A stretch of 64,000 nucleotides of DNA, from contig CM120646.1 in the NCBI GenBank assembly GCA_051362555.1, positions 8,556,001 to 8,620,000 of the forward strand, in the 5' to 3' direction. The notes beneath the pieces are model-generated. The model searched no databases. It was not told the origin of the DNA and saw only the letters and a program-made list of their open reading frames with translations. This DNA is from Lingula anatina (Eukaryota > Animalia > Brachiopoda). Numbering within the stretch: position 1 is the stretch's first letter; the number at the start of each line of letters is the position of its first letter. Positions 52,760 through 64,000 of this stretch are shown in pieces. A program made the position numbers and the translations under genes.

Positions 52760-54307
52760 TTTATTTGGTTCACCTATATTTACGCTACTATTCCCCGTCG
52801 TTCTTTCCCTCCAGAATGGCCGCTGGACGAGTGTTATGGAGCAAATATGACGTCACTGTAATGGGTTAATATGCAATTAAGGTCGTGAAAGTAATGACAA
52901 AAACATGCAATTCAGATTTTTAAAAATCATTTAAACCGTAATTAACGTTTGGGAAGCTTGAGAAGAAAGTTTTCCAATTTTGAAGCTCAACAAATAAAAT
53001 GAAAATATAATATGAAGTGGGGACAAGTATCTTGTCCATATAAAGTTTGCCGCTTAATAGCATGACCATATCTTTGTCTACAGTGAATTTTTCTTTAAAT
53101 GTAAGCAAATACAATTATAAAAAATCGGCATCAAACTTTTAGCATCTACTTAGAAAATGTACCAGCATTTCCTTCCTGCCTGATCTTTCTGGCAAAAAGT
53201 GAATTTTACACAACAAGGAAAAGAAACAACAAAAGTTCAACTATTCAAACTGACTTTATTTAATTTGAATAAACAAAATGACTGATACACTAAAAAAAAA
53301 AAAAAAAAAAAAAGTGATATAATGCTGTATTTCAGGGTAAAATGAGAGGCATATTTTACCAGAAAATACAGCATGAATGGTACACTCTCAAATAGTACTT
53401 GATTGGTTATTCATGCAATAAGAATTCATGATCCAAAATGGTAGTGGGAATCTTTTCAGATATTAAAACAGCAACTGTTTAAACACGAATTGTCAGATCA
53501 CAGTATAGCTCACCAGAGAGGGTAAAATTTAAAAGGTTGTTCGAGTCTTTGCATTCAACATGTTTGAGAAGATGATCATTGGTTATTCTTCAACAGTGGA
53601 TATGAAAAACTATCAAAATTTAATATAAAGCACAACCCCTCCTCCAAGAAAAAAGGCTCATGGCAATTTTCCCTTTCATAAAGTTCAGGCAAGCATTGAT
53701 TTTATTTGGGAATTTTATTTGTCCCTTTATGTGAAACATGCACAAAAATTTAATCACAAACGCCCCGAAAAACACTTTGCTGCCCGTGGCATGACATTAT
53801 AAAGAACGGTTCAAAAAGAAAAAATAATTGCAGCCAAACTGAAAGAGAACTGACCTTGTAACTGGAAATGTTTTCCATAGATAATAAAAAACATTAATAT
53901 CCCCATAGTAAATACATGCCAACAATGACGCAGAGGGTATGACAGAAGCTCCCCTTGACTTTGCCCTGGTGAGCTAAAAATAATATACCATCATCATACA
54001 AGTGTTAACTTTTCGATTCTGCTGCTTCTTGGTCTTCCCAATTCTGTTTCTTTATACACAACATTCAGAAATCATAAACTCATATCTATTATGAGGTTTT
54101 TGTAATAAATAATATGAAGCTGTAATGACTATAATTCAAAAGATAACATCTGATATCTTTAGTCTTTGCATCAGTATGGTCTATGGTGTTCACACTGGAA
54201 GATTTTACAATTTTTAAATTAAACATGAATGTACTTCATAAGACAACAATGAACATTTCTGTCCATTTCTGGACAACCTTTGCTTTAAAAGTGATTTTAA
54301 AATGTTT

Positions 54308-57300
54308 TCATTCTTTGAGGTTTTGTAGCAATTTGAGTCTTCCAGCCTCATAGTCGTCTTCATCAACACTCACTAGCAACTTGATAGCCTCATTGCCCAC
54401 TGCTTGCTTCAATGATTCTGAAAGATGATAAAATAAAACAAGACTCTTTGTAGCTGATATCAGACAGTAACTGTAATATGTATTCTGCCTCAATTAGTTT
54501 TAACTAATTAAAAATCTTTATATCTGACTTGCATTATCATTTGGGTTCAAATGAAAGTGTATGAATTATGTCTATGAACTATGTAGGTTATTTCAGACAA
54601 ACTTCAAGTTAACATCAGGCAGGAATTCCTACAACTATTAATATATGTATTAAGTATTATATTTATATATATTCGGCATTGTCACAAAAATAAATCAATT
54701 TAACTACAACTACTATATCAACTTATCAAAACTGCAATTGCCACACACTTGTACCTAAATATCTTGTCATAAATCTGTGCAGATAATCATTACCTGTTAA
54801 AAATACACCTTTTAAGGCCTCCAGGAGTGATCCATTGATATAGTCTCTCCAGAATGCATCCAAATAGGTCAACTCTGAGAACTTGATATCACATATTATA
54901 GACCCCAGGTCCCGTGACTTAAGTATAGTGTTTGCTTGTGAAAATTTCTCAAACTGTCTCTCAATGAGCTCTGGTTTGTTGGAGTGGACATTGCCCTGCA
55001 ATGCAGTCTCATGTTGACAGTACTCTGCCCGCACACGCAATCTGATATCTATAATAAAATGCAATGGAAATGTGCAATGTTTCTTTTTTACAAGTAAACC
55101 ATTTCATAAAATAACACATGAAAGAAGTGCAGTGTAAGTAAAAACTATCTACTATCCAATGCAATTCTATAGCAAACCAGTCTTAAAAGCTCTCATGACT
55201 GGCCACATGCCCTTTGTCCTAATACAGAATACTTTCCAAAATTGCCATAATATTTTTAAGAATTATCAATATGAAATGATTTTGGCATAGAATTAACTAG
55301 AGACCTGTGTTTGAACAAAGGGTGGAATTATCAGATTCAAAATCATATCATGGCTTTTGGCAACATAGCACAGTTGCACTCTAAATATACACTGGATCAA
55401 AGAAGAACCTGCACATTACCACATGTCACTTTTTTCTTGATATCCTCCTGGTACCCCTCCCTGGTCTCAGTGCCTATGGTTCTCTTCCTGGGGGGCCGTC
55501 CCCTGCAATGTCTCTTAGCAGGCACTGATAACAGACACTTGACCTTCCTTTTACTACTGTGACTACTACATGTACTCAAACCTTGGGCTGTGACAGTATC
55601 ATTTTGAGCTGAAGAGGAAAGTCTATCACTGGCAGTGTTTCCAGTGTACTGTGACTGTTTCACACTATTTCTGGGCCAGTGGCTGCAGCCAGGTTGACTA
55701 GAACAATCTATAAGGTTATCTGAGGGCTTTTGTGCCTTACTTTCTTCCAGATACTGGTCCACAGGATCTGGACTCACTGAAATGTGAAATGTGAAATATT
55801 TAAGTGATGCAGCAGTAGTTTTCGAAATTAATGCTGGTCTGTCGGCCTAAGACTGACAAATTTTTTGAATGGACTGAGGAGTTTTGTGTTCTATAGGCCT
55901 GTTGGACAAGTAACATTTTTGAGAAGTCCCAGGTATCAAACAATGATGCACACTGCTTTCTTGGATAAATAATTATGGATAATACAAACTTATCTTGTGT
56001 GTTTTTTTACCAGCTGCTGAAGTGCCTAATAATCCAACCCTTATAAATTTTTTGGAGATTTTATCCCTGTGGTCTTTTCTCTTGTAATTTCCCCAGGAAA
56101 AGCCGTGCAATATGTTTATTAGGCACTTACACACTAGATGGAAAATATTGAGAAGCATACTAGTATATGCTTTTTCATTTTTCACGAACAGGGTGGCAAA
56201 TATGCAGTTCCATGGTTGCCAGGGCACAGTTTGCAGCATCTTTGGAGAGTGCCTACCATGTTTAGCTGATCTGGCTCATGCTGGTGTAGGAAAGTTTTGA
56301 TCATCATGGGATGGGGTTTGAAGCAAAACGATAATTTTATTTGTGTTACATGAGACTGTTTATGATTATTTGTATAAGTTTGAGCAGAAACTCGGCTGTT
56401 TTAACCTGATGGATAAATAAATCAGAAAATGAATACCATGTATTGGTATTTCAATGCTCAACGAAAGTACAGGAAGTAGGAAGAAAACAGCAAATTCACT
56501 CAGTTTTTGACCAAGCATGAGGCTCAAGAGATAAAGTAACATAAACAGATAATTTACAGTACAAGTAAGTTTCAAATTAATATGTCTTCAAACCCTCAGC
56601 TTGATGTGATTGTATATATATATGACATAAATCTGGACATATTGACAAAAATAAAAAATACAGAATTAGAAAAAGGCTCATTGGATTTTTGTTCTCTCAA
56701 TGCAGTTCGGGTAAATGTTCTGACTGTTTAAGAGAGACTGAGTGGTTTGCAGGCTTCAAACTAGCCAGCATTTTTGCCAGGAAAAGGCCAAATTTGGATA
56801 AATTTAGTCATGGTCCATGAAGTTTTTATATGTACACTAAGTACACGAAGGTTCCTATATGGTGGAAAAGGCTAGCATATCTGAACACTTATTGGAATGA
56901 GAAAAAAATAATGGGTTACTAGCTATGTTTACGTATATGTAACAATCTAGCCATCCCCTGGCACCAGAAACTCTCTAATACGAGAAAGAGCCAGAGGGAA
57001 GTGAATCACTGAATCATTACCATGCGAATGTTCTACGTTTAATATAAAAATATGAAACAAGAACACGTCCTTTTTAAACTTAAAAATTACACTCGACGAT
57101 TTTTAAGCATTACCTTTCTTTCTCTTTCGTAAGGTAACGTAAGGTAGCAAATCATGTCTTCTGCACTTGCGCAAATATTCTTTTAATTCGCTGAAATCTG
57201 ACTCGTCTATCCTTCCTGCCCTCTCCAGTTCCATCATCATAGAGTATCCATCGTTTATATGCGCACCCTGGCGTAAACTGCCAAAGTAAAATATTTTCAT

Positions 57301-57417
57301 TGAGATAAGGTCTCTATAAGCTAGCTGATTACCAATATCGCGGTACATATCTTGCAGAGACCTCAAAGTTGGATCGAAATTTTTGCGACTCCCAAAACTT
57401 GGATCCGTTTCCGCCAT
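54308..57417 (-). CDS. DEDD: Death effector domain-containing protein DEDD (341 aa)
   Basis: Exons 57417-57114 (DED, RRHDLLPYVTLRKRKK), 55776-55420 (VSPDPVDQYLEE; basic KRHCRGRPPRKR), 55048-54794 (CDIRLRVRAEYCQHETALQGNV..SRDLGSIICDIKFSELTYLDAFWRDYINGSLLEALKGVF), 54417-54308 (SLKQAVGNEAIKLLVSVDEDDYEAGR). All phase 1, GT-AG. Confidence 0.95.
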
Positions 57418-57832
57418 CTTGACCTTCACCTTGTTTATTAAGTGCTACGGAGTAAATACAAAACAAAAATAATATTTTGAGAAAATAAAAAACTCTTCAC
57501 TTTAAACAACCGCAATGACACAAAAAAATGTATGTTTCAATACGTAAAATTCAGTATAATAACAAATCCTGACACAAAATAGTATTCTATCCAATCATTT
57601 ATGAGGTCATCGTAGACGCCGACAGGCAATTCGTCGGTGATTTTCGTGAAATGAGCAGGTGTCCAAAAAGGGATAGTAAAAATGCGCGGATGATTGAAGC
57701 AAAGTCACCAACACTAAAAAGAACGCTAACTTAGGACTTCAAGGAGTTGCTCCTTTAGCGGCAAGCTTCTAGCGGAGACAGATCAGTCCTGATTCCCCAC
57801 GAAAGTTGCTCATTACTTTCCGTGTATTCAAA
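57418..57832. promoter_or_regulatory. Probable bidirectional promoter
   Basis: 415-bp gap between the DEDD ATG (-) and a candidate ATG at 57833 (+). Both sit in YY1-like AA(G/A)ATGGCGG contexts, and CpG is locally enriched. Confidence 0.5.
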
Positions 57833-57860
57833 ATGGCGGAAACTGCGAATCAAAAGCCAG
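57833..57860 (+). CDS. Candidate first coding exon of an unidentified gene divergent from DEDD
   Basis: aaaATGGCGGAAACTGCGAATCAAAAGCCAG|GTATGA = MAETANQKP plus a phase-1 donor. Downstream exons were not identified with confidence. Confidence 0.4.
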
Positions 57861-60251
57861 GTATGAATGACATTTGTACATATTCATATTTCAATTTAGC
57901 ATAATGAACGTCATTTGCCTCTGTATACAAACAAATACACATGGCTGGTTTTGTCACACTAATTATCGCAAAAACGTGCACGTTAATGACACTATAAATG
58001 GTTAACGTTGGCGATGGTGGGGAGCTGGCGAGTTTTGTTAAACCGAATTGACCCACTTTTTGGTGAATGCGACCTTCTTGTGGAAGTTCAAGATATTTGA
58101 ATGAAAGCACGGCCGCGATATCTTAAACTTTGATACTTTTAATTGTAGTTCCTTGTGTTATACTTATTTGTGATTATACAAATCTCTGCAGTATTAAAAA
58201 TCTATTCCAGACAAAGTTTATCGTGAAAAAATGTTTCAAATGTTTTGAAGATTATCGTATGTTTTGGCAGTGGCTTATAATTCGGGTCTAGGTGATCTCG
58301 AGCACCATCATTTTTCTGTCAGTGTAAAAACATCTAATTACCTGCTTTCTTGTAGATATTTCAGGTGCAGGAGCAGAGAGAAGCTCCAGTGTATAGTCAA
58401 TGTTTTGACATTACCAATGTTTTAAACTTTTTTTAATCAAGAGAGCACCAATAATAATCATTGAAGTAATTACATGAAAAGAGTATCACTTGGTCTTTTT
58501 AAAACCCATAAGTGACATAGATCAGTGATGTCATTGTTTACTTATAACTGAAATGTATCTGGATTTGCATTGCCTAATATTAGGATACTATAGATCATAT
58601 TGAATGATGAAGCAATAACTGACTTTTACATACATTTTTTAATGCAAATCTATCAAAACTTTTTCCTAATTTCATCCCCTTTAAAAAAGACTAGTAATAA
58701 AGGTCTTTAACTGTTTTTTTTCCAACCTGTTGATCTTACTTAGAAGTAAGCTTACCTAGTACTAGTGAAGCAGGTTAAAACTGATGGAATTTATATGTAA
58801 AAAAGCTATGTTTAGTAATAAGTCACAAAAGCTCAATTCTGTGTGTGGGAATGGTCAGGGCAGACTGTTTTTGCATCTAAATTGAATTTGTTTCTTTTAA
58901 TAGTATCTTTTTTTGCATGTGTAATGAATGCTGTCAACTGTTGTCATGGAAACAAAATTGTCTATGCATTAATGGCATGGTAATCAATGGCATACATCTG
59001 CGTATAGAAGGACAACATTTACATCCTATTGATTTTGTCTGCATTTGTGAATGTTAAAGGTATACTAACATGTTTGAAAGTGCCCCAAAGTCATAGTTTT
59101 ATGTTTAAGGTCCATTCCCTTAGACACTATCAGTCTATGTGAATTGACACAACTCTGCAGGAATTCTTGCTGATTGCAAGCAGCATAACTGAATGACAAG
59201 CCTTCTGTGGTTAAGTAGAAAATAGAAAAGCTGGTGATTATACCAGTACATTGGAAGCTTCTTATACTAATATGTAGCAAGTGCCCCCGCATAGTTGGTG
59301 CCACCAGTGTGTATGCTGGCAGTACTCATGGTTTCAGAGCCAGCCCGTTTCGTACGGCTCTGCTGGCTCCGCAGCCAGGCACCAGAAACAAGTCATAGTT
59401 ACCACTTCTCCTCCTAGACCCCAAGGACTGTGTCTCCCATCTCTGGGATTTGGGTCACATATAGTCTCACATTGAAGCTCCTGGCTTATTTGTCTTAGTC
59501 GGTGCATTGGCCTAGGCGCGATGCTTGCTGAAAGGCATCTTGGTCAAACACTTAAAAAATTCAATGCTAAATATCTCCCAAACCGAAGGAATTATGGGAA
59601 AAATTACTATAGAAGTCTGTGCAAAAGTCATATGTAGAGATTCCAAATATGCTCTTGGATTTGATCTTTTACCTTTTTTCAAGGTCAAACTGCCGAAATT
59701 TTCTAAAAATTATTTTGCACATATCAGACCCCCCTAATAAAAAAATGATAAAAGCAGTCGAAAGTACCTTATGCTGATATTTCCTTGAAATGTCAGGAAA
59801 CATCATGTCAGGATAGTTAAAAGGAATTATAAATCAGTTAAAATTTAATTATTTAAGTAGAAATGATAGAACATAGAATCTAAGTGCAGCAACAGATCAT
59901 GCAGTGATTGGCACACAGGAGAAAATTAACTTTTTTTTTAGGCAAATTCAACAATGAAATCCTATATAACTAGGATACTTTTCTGTGATCTTGGTGGTAC
60001 TGGAGCTAAAAAAATTAATTATAAAAGTCAGATACCTATAGGAATATCATATACATTTGGTGAAAGTGTTCCAAAGTTTTCAACCAATCTCCAGGCTCAA
60101 AAGATGAACATGAAGAGCTGGGCTTGAATTTTATAATTTCTGTAAGAAAGAATCAAAGTTTGGCATGAACTGATAACCTCCATCATCCATGTCTACATTC
60201 TTGGTTTAGTGACAGGTTGTAGTAAGTTTTATGAAGTGGAAAGCAAAACAT

Positions 60252-61025
60252 TACTCTGAAGTGCCGAATAATAGTGCCGGCACGATTATTATTTTTTTTG
60301 GAAATTTTCCACCCGGCACGATCTTATTTTCTCTGGCACGATTAATAATTTCCCCCCATTATCCACACGGCACAATTATTTGGCATTATTGTGCTGGTTG
60401 GAAATACTATTGAATGTTTTGGAAATGTTAATTATTGTTTCATAGGACAAGTTAATTTTTATTAATAACCTGACGTAAGCACTACTCACAAACTTGTTTT
60501 TTAGCGTAAATAAAAGTAGCTCGTCAATGCATGCTGCCCAGAGTCTCTGTCACGGCTCTGTCGTTACATGTGCATCGCAAAAAAGTATGTCAACTTGCCA
60601 CCAATAGTAAACTACTAGTACAATGCTGCCTTTTTTAAGACTCAAATGAAAACGTTTTGACCTTAAAAACAGTTTAGTGACAGAGATTACTCTAAATGGT
60701 TAAAATATGTTAAACTAAGTGTATAAAATCAAAGGTAAATTTGTCTAGATGTTGTGTTTTTGTTATGTTTAATAGTTAAAACAATTTTTCCAGATTGCAA
60801 TATGATTTGTAATTGCCATTGCAATTATTCATTGAAATTATTAAATTTGATAAAATTTTCTGGGGGGTGGGGTGGGGGCACAATTCTTCCGCTAGGCACT
60901 ATTATTAAACATCGAGAATTTTTCCAGGGGGCACAATTATTCCGCTAGGAACTATTATTAATTTCGGAAAGTTGTTCGGGGGGCACAATTATTCTGGTAG
61001 GCACTTTTATTCGGCACTATGTTTA
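60252..61025. mobile_element. Non-autonomous TIR element (Tc1/pogo-like MITE)
   Basis: Inverted repeat agtgccgaataatagtgcc (60260-60278) / ggcacttttattcggcact (61000-61018), with repeated subterminal ggcac(g/a)attatt motifs at both ends. Confidence 0.65.
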
Positions 61026-63204
61026 ATCCTACCATTAGGTAATTATGAAATCTCAATATTGAAATACATATATTCTCAAAATTCATCTAAAAATTTGGGC
61101 CATCCAGTGCTTCTAAAGGAACAGAGTTGTCCTGTTTCTGCTCTGATGGCAGTGTTATATGTGGACTACTTGAAATGATTGTTGGTTTGGGGGGGGGGGG
61201 GGGGGGGGGGTTTCAGAGCAGCTGGTGGCCCTCTGTGTATGCAGAGAATCATGGAGGACTGCCAATGGTTTAATTTTACTATTTCAGTCAAATATAGCCT
61301 CTGTTAAGCCTTCTCTTAACACTGAAGGCCGCTGCCTTTGATACTATGACCATTGATATCATTAAAATGTAATATTTTCATTCACTTATTCGTTGGAACA
61401 AATTCTTAAATGCATTTATTTTTCAAATCAGTGTATAGTACACAGATGGTAGATAAGCAAATTGGAAATTAGAAATTATAATTTTTTGTCAGAGTAGACT
61501 CACTAAAACAAAGCAGTCTGTGCCAACAACTTTTCAGCTTACAGGCCATGTGGACCACCATTTAAGATTTATAAAATCTCTTGGTTCAAATCTCAATTCA
61601 CTAGTCCGAATTAAAATTTCAGTTAGACTGGGCATATTTCCCCTATTGCATTAATATTAGTAATAACTAGACCTTGATTTTATCTTACACTTTTTTCTTT
61701 TTAGAATCATCATGTAACAGTTACATTTCAGAAAAGAATTAAATCAGATCAATAGCTCTTATTAAAAAGTTAAGAAAAAAATCTGATGGTCATGTCAGAC
61801 CACTTAATTCACACATGAAAAATCTACTGTTCCAAATGAAATTTTACTGGTTGCAGGTGTAGGACCAGCTAACGCTGCAGACTGCAAATGCAGAAAATTT
61901 TGTGTATAAAGAATAGAGAGATGACTAGTAACCAAGAAGAAAGAGATCTTACAATTCATCCTCAAAACACAATTATCTTTGGAGGTGAAGGAAGAATATT
62001 CATCACAAATTCCGAAGAGAATAGACATCCTCTTTAAGGCTGCTTTAAATGCAAACCTAAGGTGGTTCTCTTCCATTCAGTGACTAAACTGATTCTGTTA
62101 TAATCTGCATTCCATTAGAGTGTGTATGTTTTTTCACTTGAGTTGTCTGTGTCAATGGGGGACAATTGGCCCAGATTTAATGAATTCCCTGTCATTGACA
62201 GTGATGGCGCCTGCTATCCAGCATGCATTCTAATGGGACTGGCTGGGGTATTCAGATTACTTACTTTTGATATGAGGCTGCCTAAGGGAACCACAGGATT
62301 ATATGAAATGTGTATGCAGAGAATCACAGAGGACCGCCAAAAGTTGAACTTTACTATTTCATTGGAATACAGCATCTAATAGGGCTTCTATATTCTTTAC
62401 ACTTTTCTTGTCATACAAATATGTTCCAAAAATTCATGAAATAATTTTCCTACTATAACCTGAATTAGGTGACAGATATTTTTACTCTGAACAAAATGCA
62501 AGTTGGAAAAAAAAAAGAGACAAGTACTGTAACATAATACAGAATATTAAGATAGCATTTAGTTTCAACTGAAATGAAAATATCTAAATCTAAAGATATT
62601 TACTAGTATTGATATTTAAGGGGAGAATCACCTTTACGTAGGTACAGTTCTGAACATTTCTTTGATACTGCTTATATTTAGAATTACTAAGAAATTGCTT
62701 GTTTAAGAATTTGTTTAATAAATGGTTCCTTTGGGAAAAAGGGGTATGTGGGAAGTGATGTTGAAAAAAGACATGGGAATGTGTCACTGTCTTTTTATGC
62801 TTTTAATTTTTTTCAATCCTCAGTCCTATCTGCCTAGATGCACCCTCTCAGGAACCCTTGATATCAGCTGTTTTTTTTATGGTATGTGTATTTGTCCCTG
62901 TAGTGCCCACAGAGGCCCGGCCTTCTCTGTGCTGCCATTGTGGATGTCTGTTTCACTGCCACATTGTAATTTTCACTCCAGGGGTTGTCTATGAATAATA
63001 ACAATGGGTACTTTGCATGAGAAAATGATAGAAATGTGATCTGTTGGCTGGAGTATGAATGGGGAGATTTAGAAGTTGATTGGAAAGTTCAGCATGGCCG
63101 AGTGCTCTGTGGCAGTGTCCACTGGCTGATGGTGTGAAAATATGATTTGTGGCACTGGGCCATTTTAAGTTTTTATGTACAGACACAGATGTGTCTGTAC
63201 ATAT

Positions 63205-63960
63205 TGCCATCACCTGCGTCTGTCGTCGCCGATCATGTCGCCGTCGCCGTCGCCGTCGCCGTGCACTTTCAGCGTTAACACCATAAGTGGAAGACGGTTT
63301 TACTTTTTGGCTTTATATTTACAGAGCTGACTAATATTCATAAAATGCAGGTCAAGTTCGAAAATCAGCATGATTGGGCCATTATTGTAGAATTTATGCT
63401 GTTTTTTCACTTTTTACCATATATGCAACACTGTTAACACATTTCAAGGAAATCCGATAGACCTGTTGTCATGAAACTCACAGGAGTAATCAATCGTACT
63501 AAAATGCAGATCAAGTTCAAAAATCGGCATGATCGGGCCACTATTTTAGTAGTTATGCTGTTTTTTCACTTTTTAGCATATATGCAACACTGTTAACACA
63601 TTTCAAGGAAAACCGATAGACCTGTTGTCATGAAACTCACAGGAGTGATCAATCTTACTAAAACGCAGGTCAAGTTCGAAAATCGGCATGATCGGGCCAC
63701 TATTTTACTAGTTATACTGTTTTTTACACTTTTCAGCATATATGCAACACTGTAAACACAATATAAGAAAAACAGAATGGCCAATTGTCATGAAACTCAC
63801 AGGAGTGGTCAATTTTACTAAAATGCAGGTTGAGTTCGTAAATCAGCATAATCGTGCCATTATTTTAGAAGGTATGCTGTTTTTTCACATTTCCTCAGAT
63901 TCAATTTTTAGGCATGTTAACAGTCTCATTATTAAACTAATAAGATACGTAAAAGTGTTT
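63205..63960. repeat. ~160-bp tandem satellite preceded by a (GTCGCC)n microsatellite; HINE/Helentron-like arrangement
   Basis: Unit anchor ctgt(t/a)aacac at 63431, 63590 and 63750 (period 159-160); about 4 diverged units follow gccgtcgccgtc repeats at ~63236-63262. Confidence 0.8.
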
Positions 63961-64000
63961 GGTTGACATTTCCTGCATCTTTACAACATTGTTAGTTGAT

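Larger units (their letters stand above)
48431..52868. mobile_element. Decayed DNA transposon, ISL2EU/Harbinger-like, with THAP and second-ORF relics; its left end is interrupted by a foldback element
   Basis: Inverted termini attaacccatt..cgtcat..gccatactgg[insert]aggga and tccctccagaatggc..atgacg..aatgggttaat. Convergent ORF relics inside. The ends also read as TTAA|CCC..GGG|TTAA (piggyBac-like), so the superfamily is uncertain. Confidence 0.6.

Noticed and set aside
58356-58395. Candidate second exon of the divergent gene (DISGAGAERSS)
   Set aside because: The acceptor is plausible, but the donor is weak and an in-frame stop follows.
61700-62379. Short + strand ORFs (MTSNQEERD..., MGDNWPRF...)
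   Set aside because: Frequent stops, no recognisable domain and no consistent exon chain.

Overview
AT-rich, intron-containing animal DNA, most likely lophotrochozoan or molluscan (inferred from gene and repeat content). Genes were assembled by hand from splice sites and reading-frame phase. In order: the last exon of an SLC45 transporter (+); a 3-exon gene for an uncharacterised single-pass membrane protein with a tiny ectodomain and a Tyr-rich tail (-); a 2-exon divergent Shaw/Kv3-like K+ channel with a degenerate voltage sensor and S6 gate (-); three tandem intact copies of a secreted chitin-binding + LamG (Pif-like) gene (+), with near-identical exons but mosaic, diverged introns; a 6-exon secreted, probably GPI-anchored PEBP gene with a GC-AG intron (+); a degenerate tRNA-Val(AAC); a nested transposon complex; DEDD (-); and a probable head-to-head gene start (+). 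MITEs, HINE-like elements and satellites fill the rest. No database searches were run; family calls rest on motif recognition.
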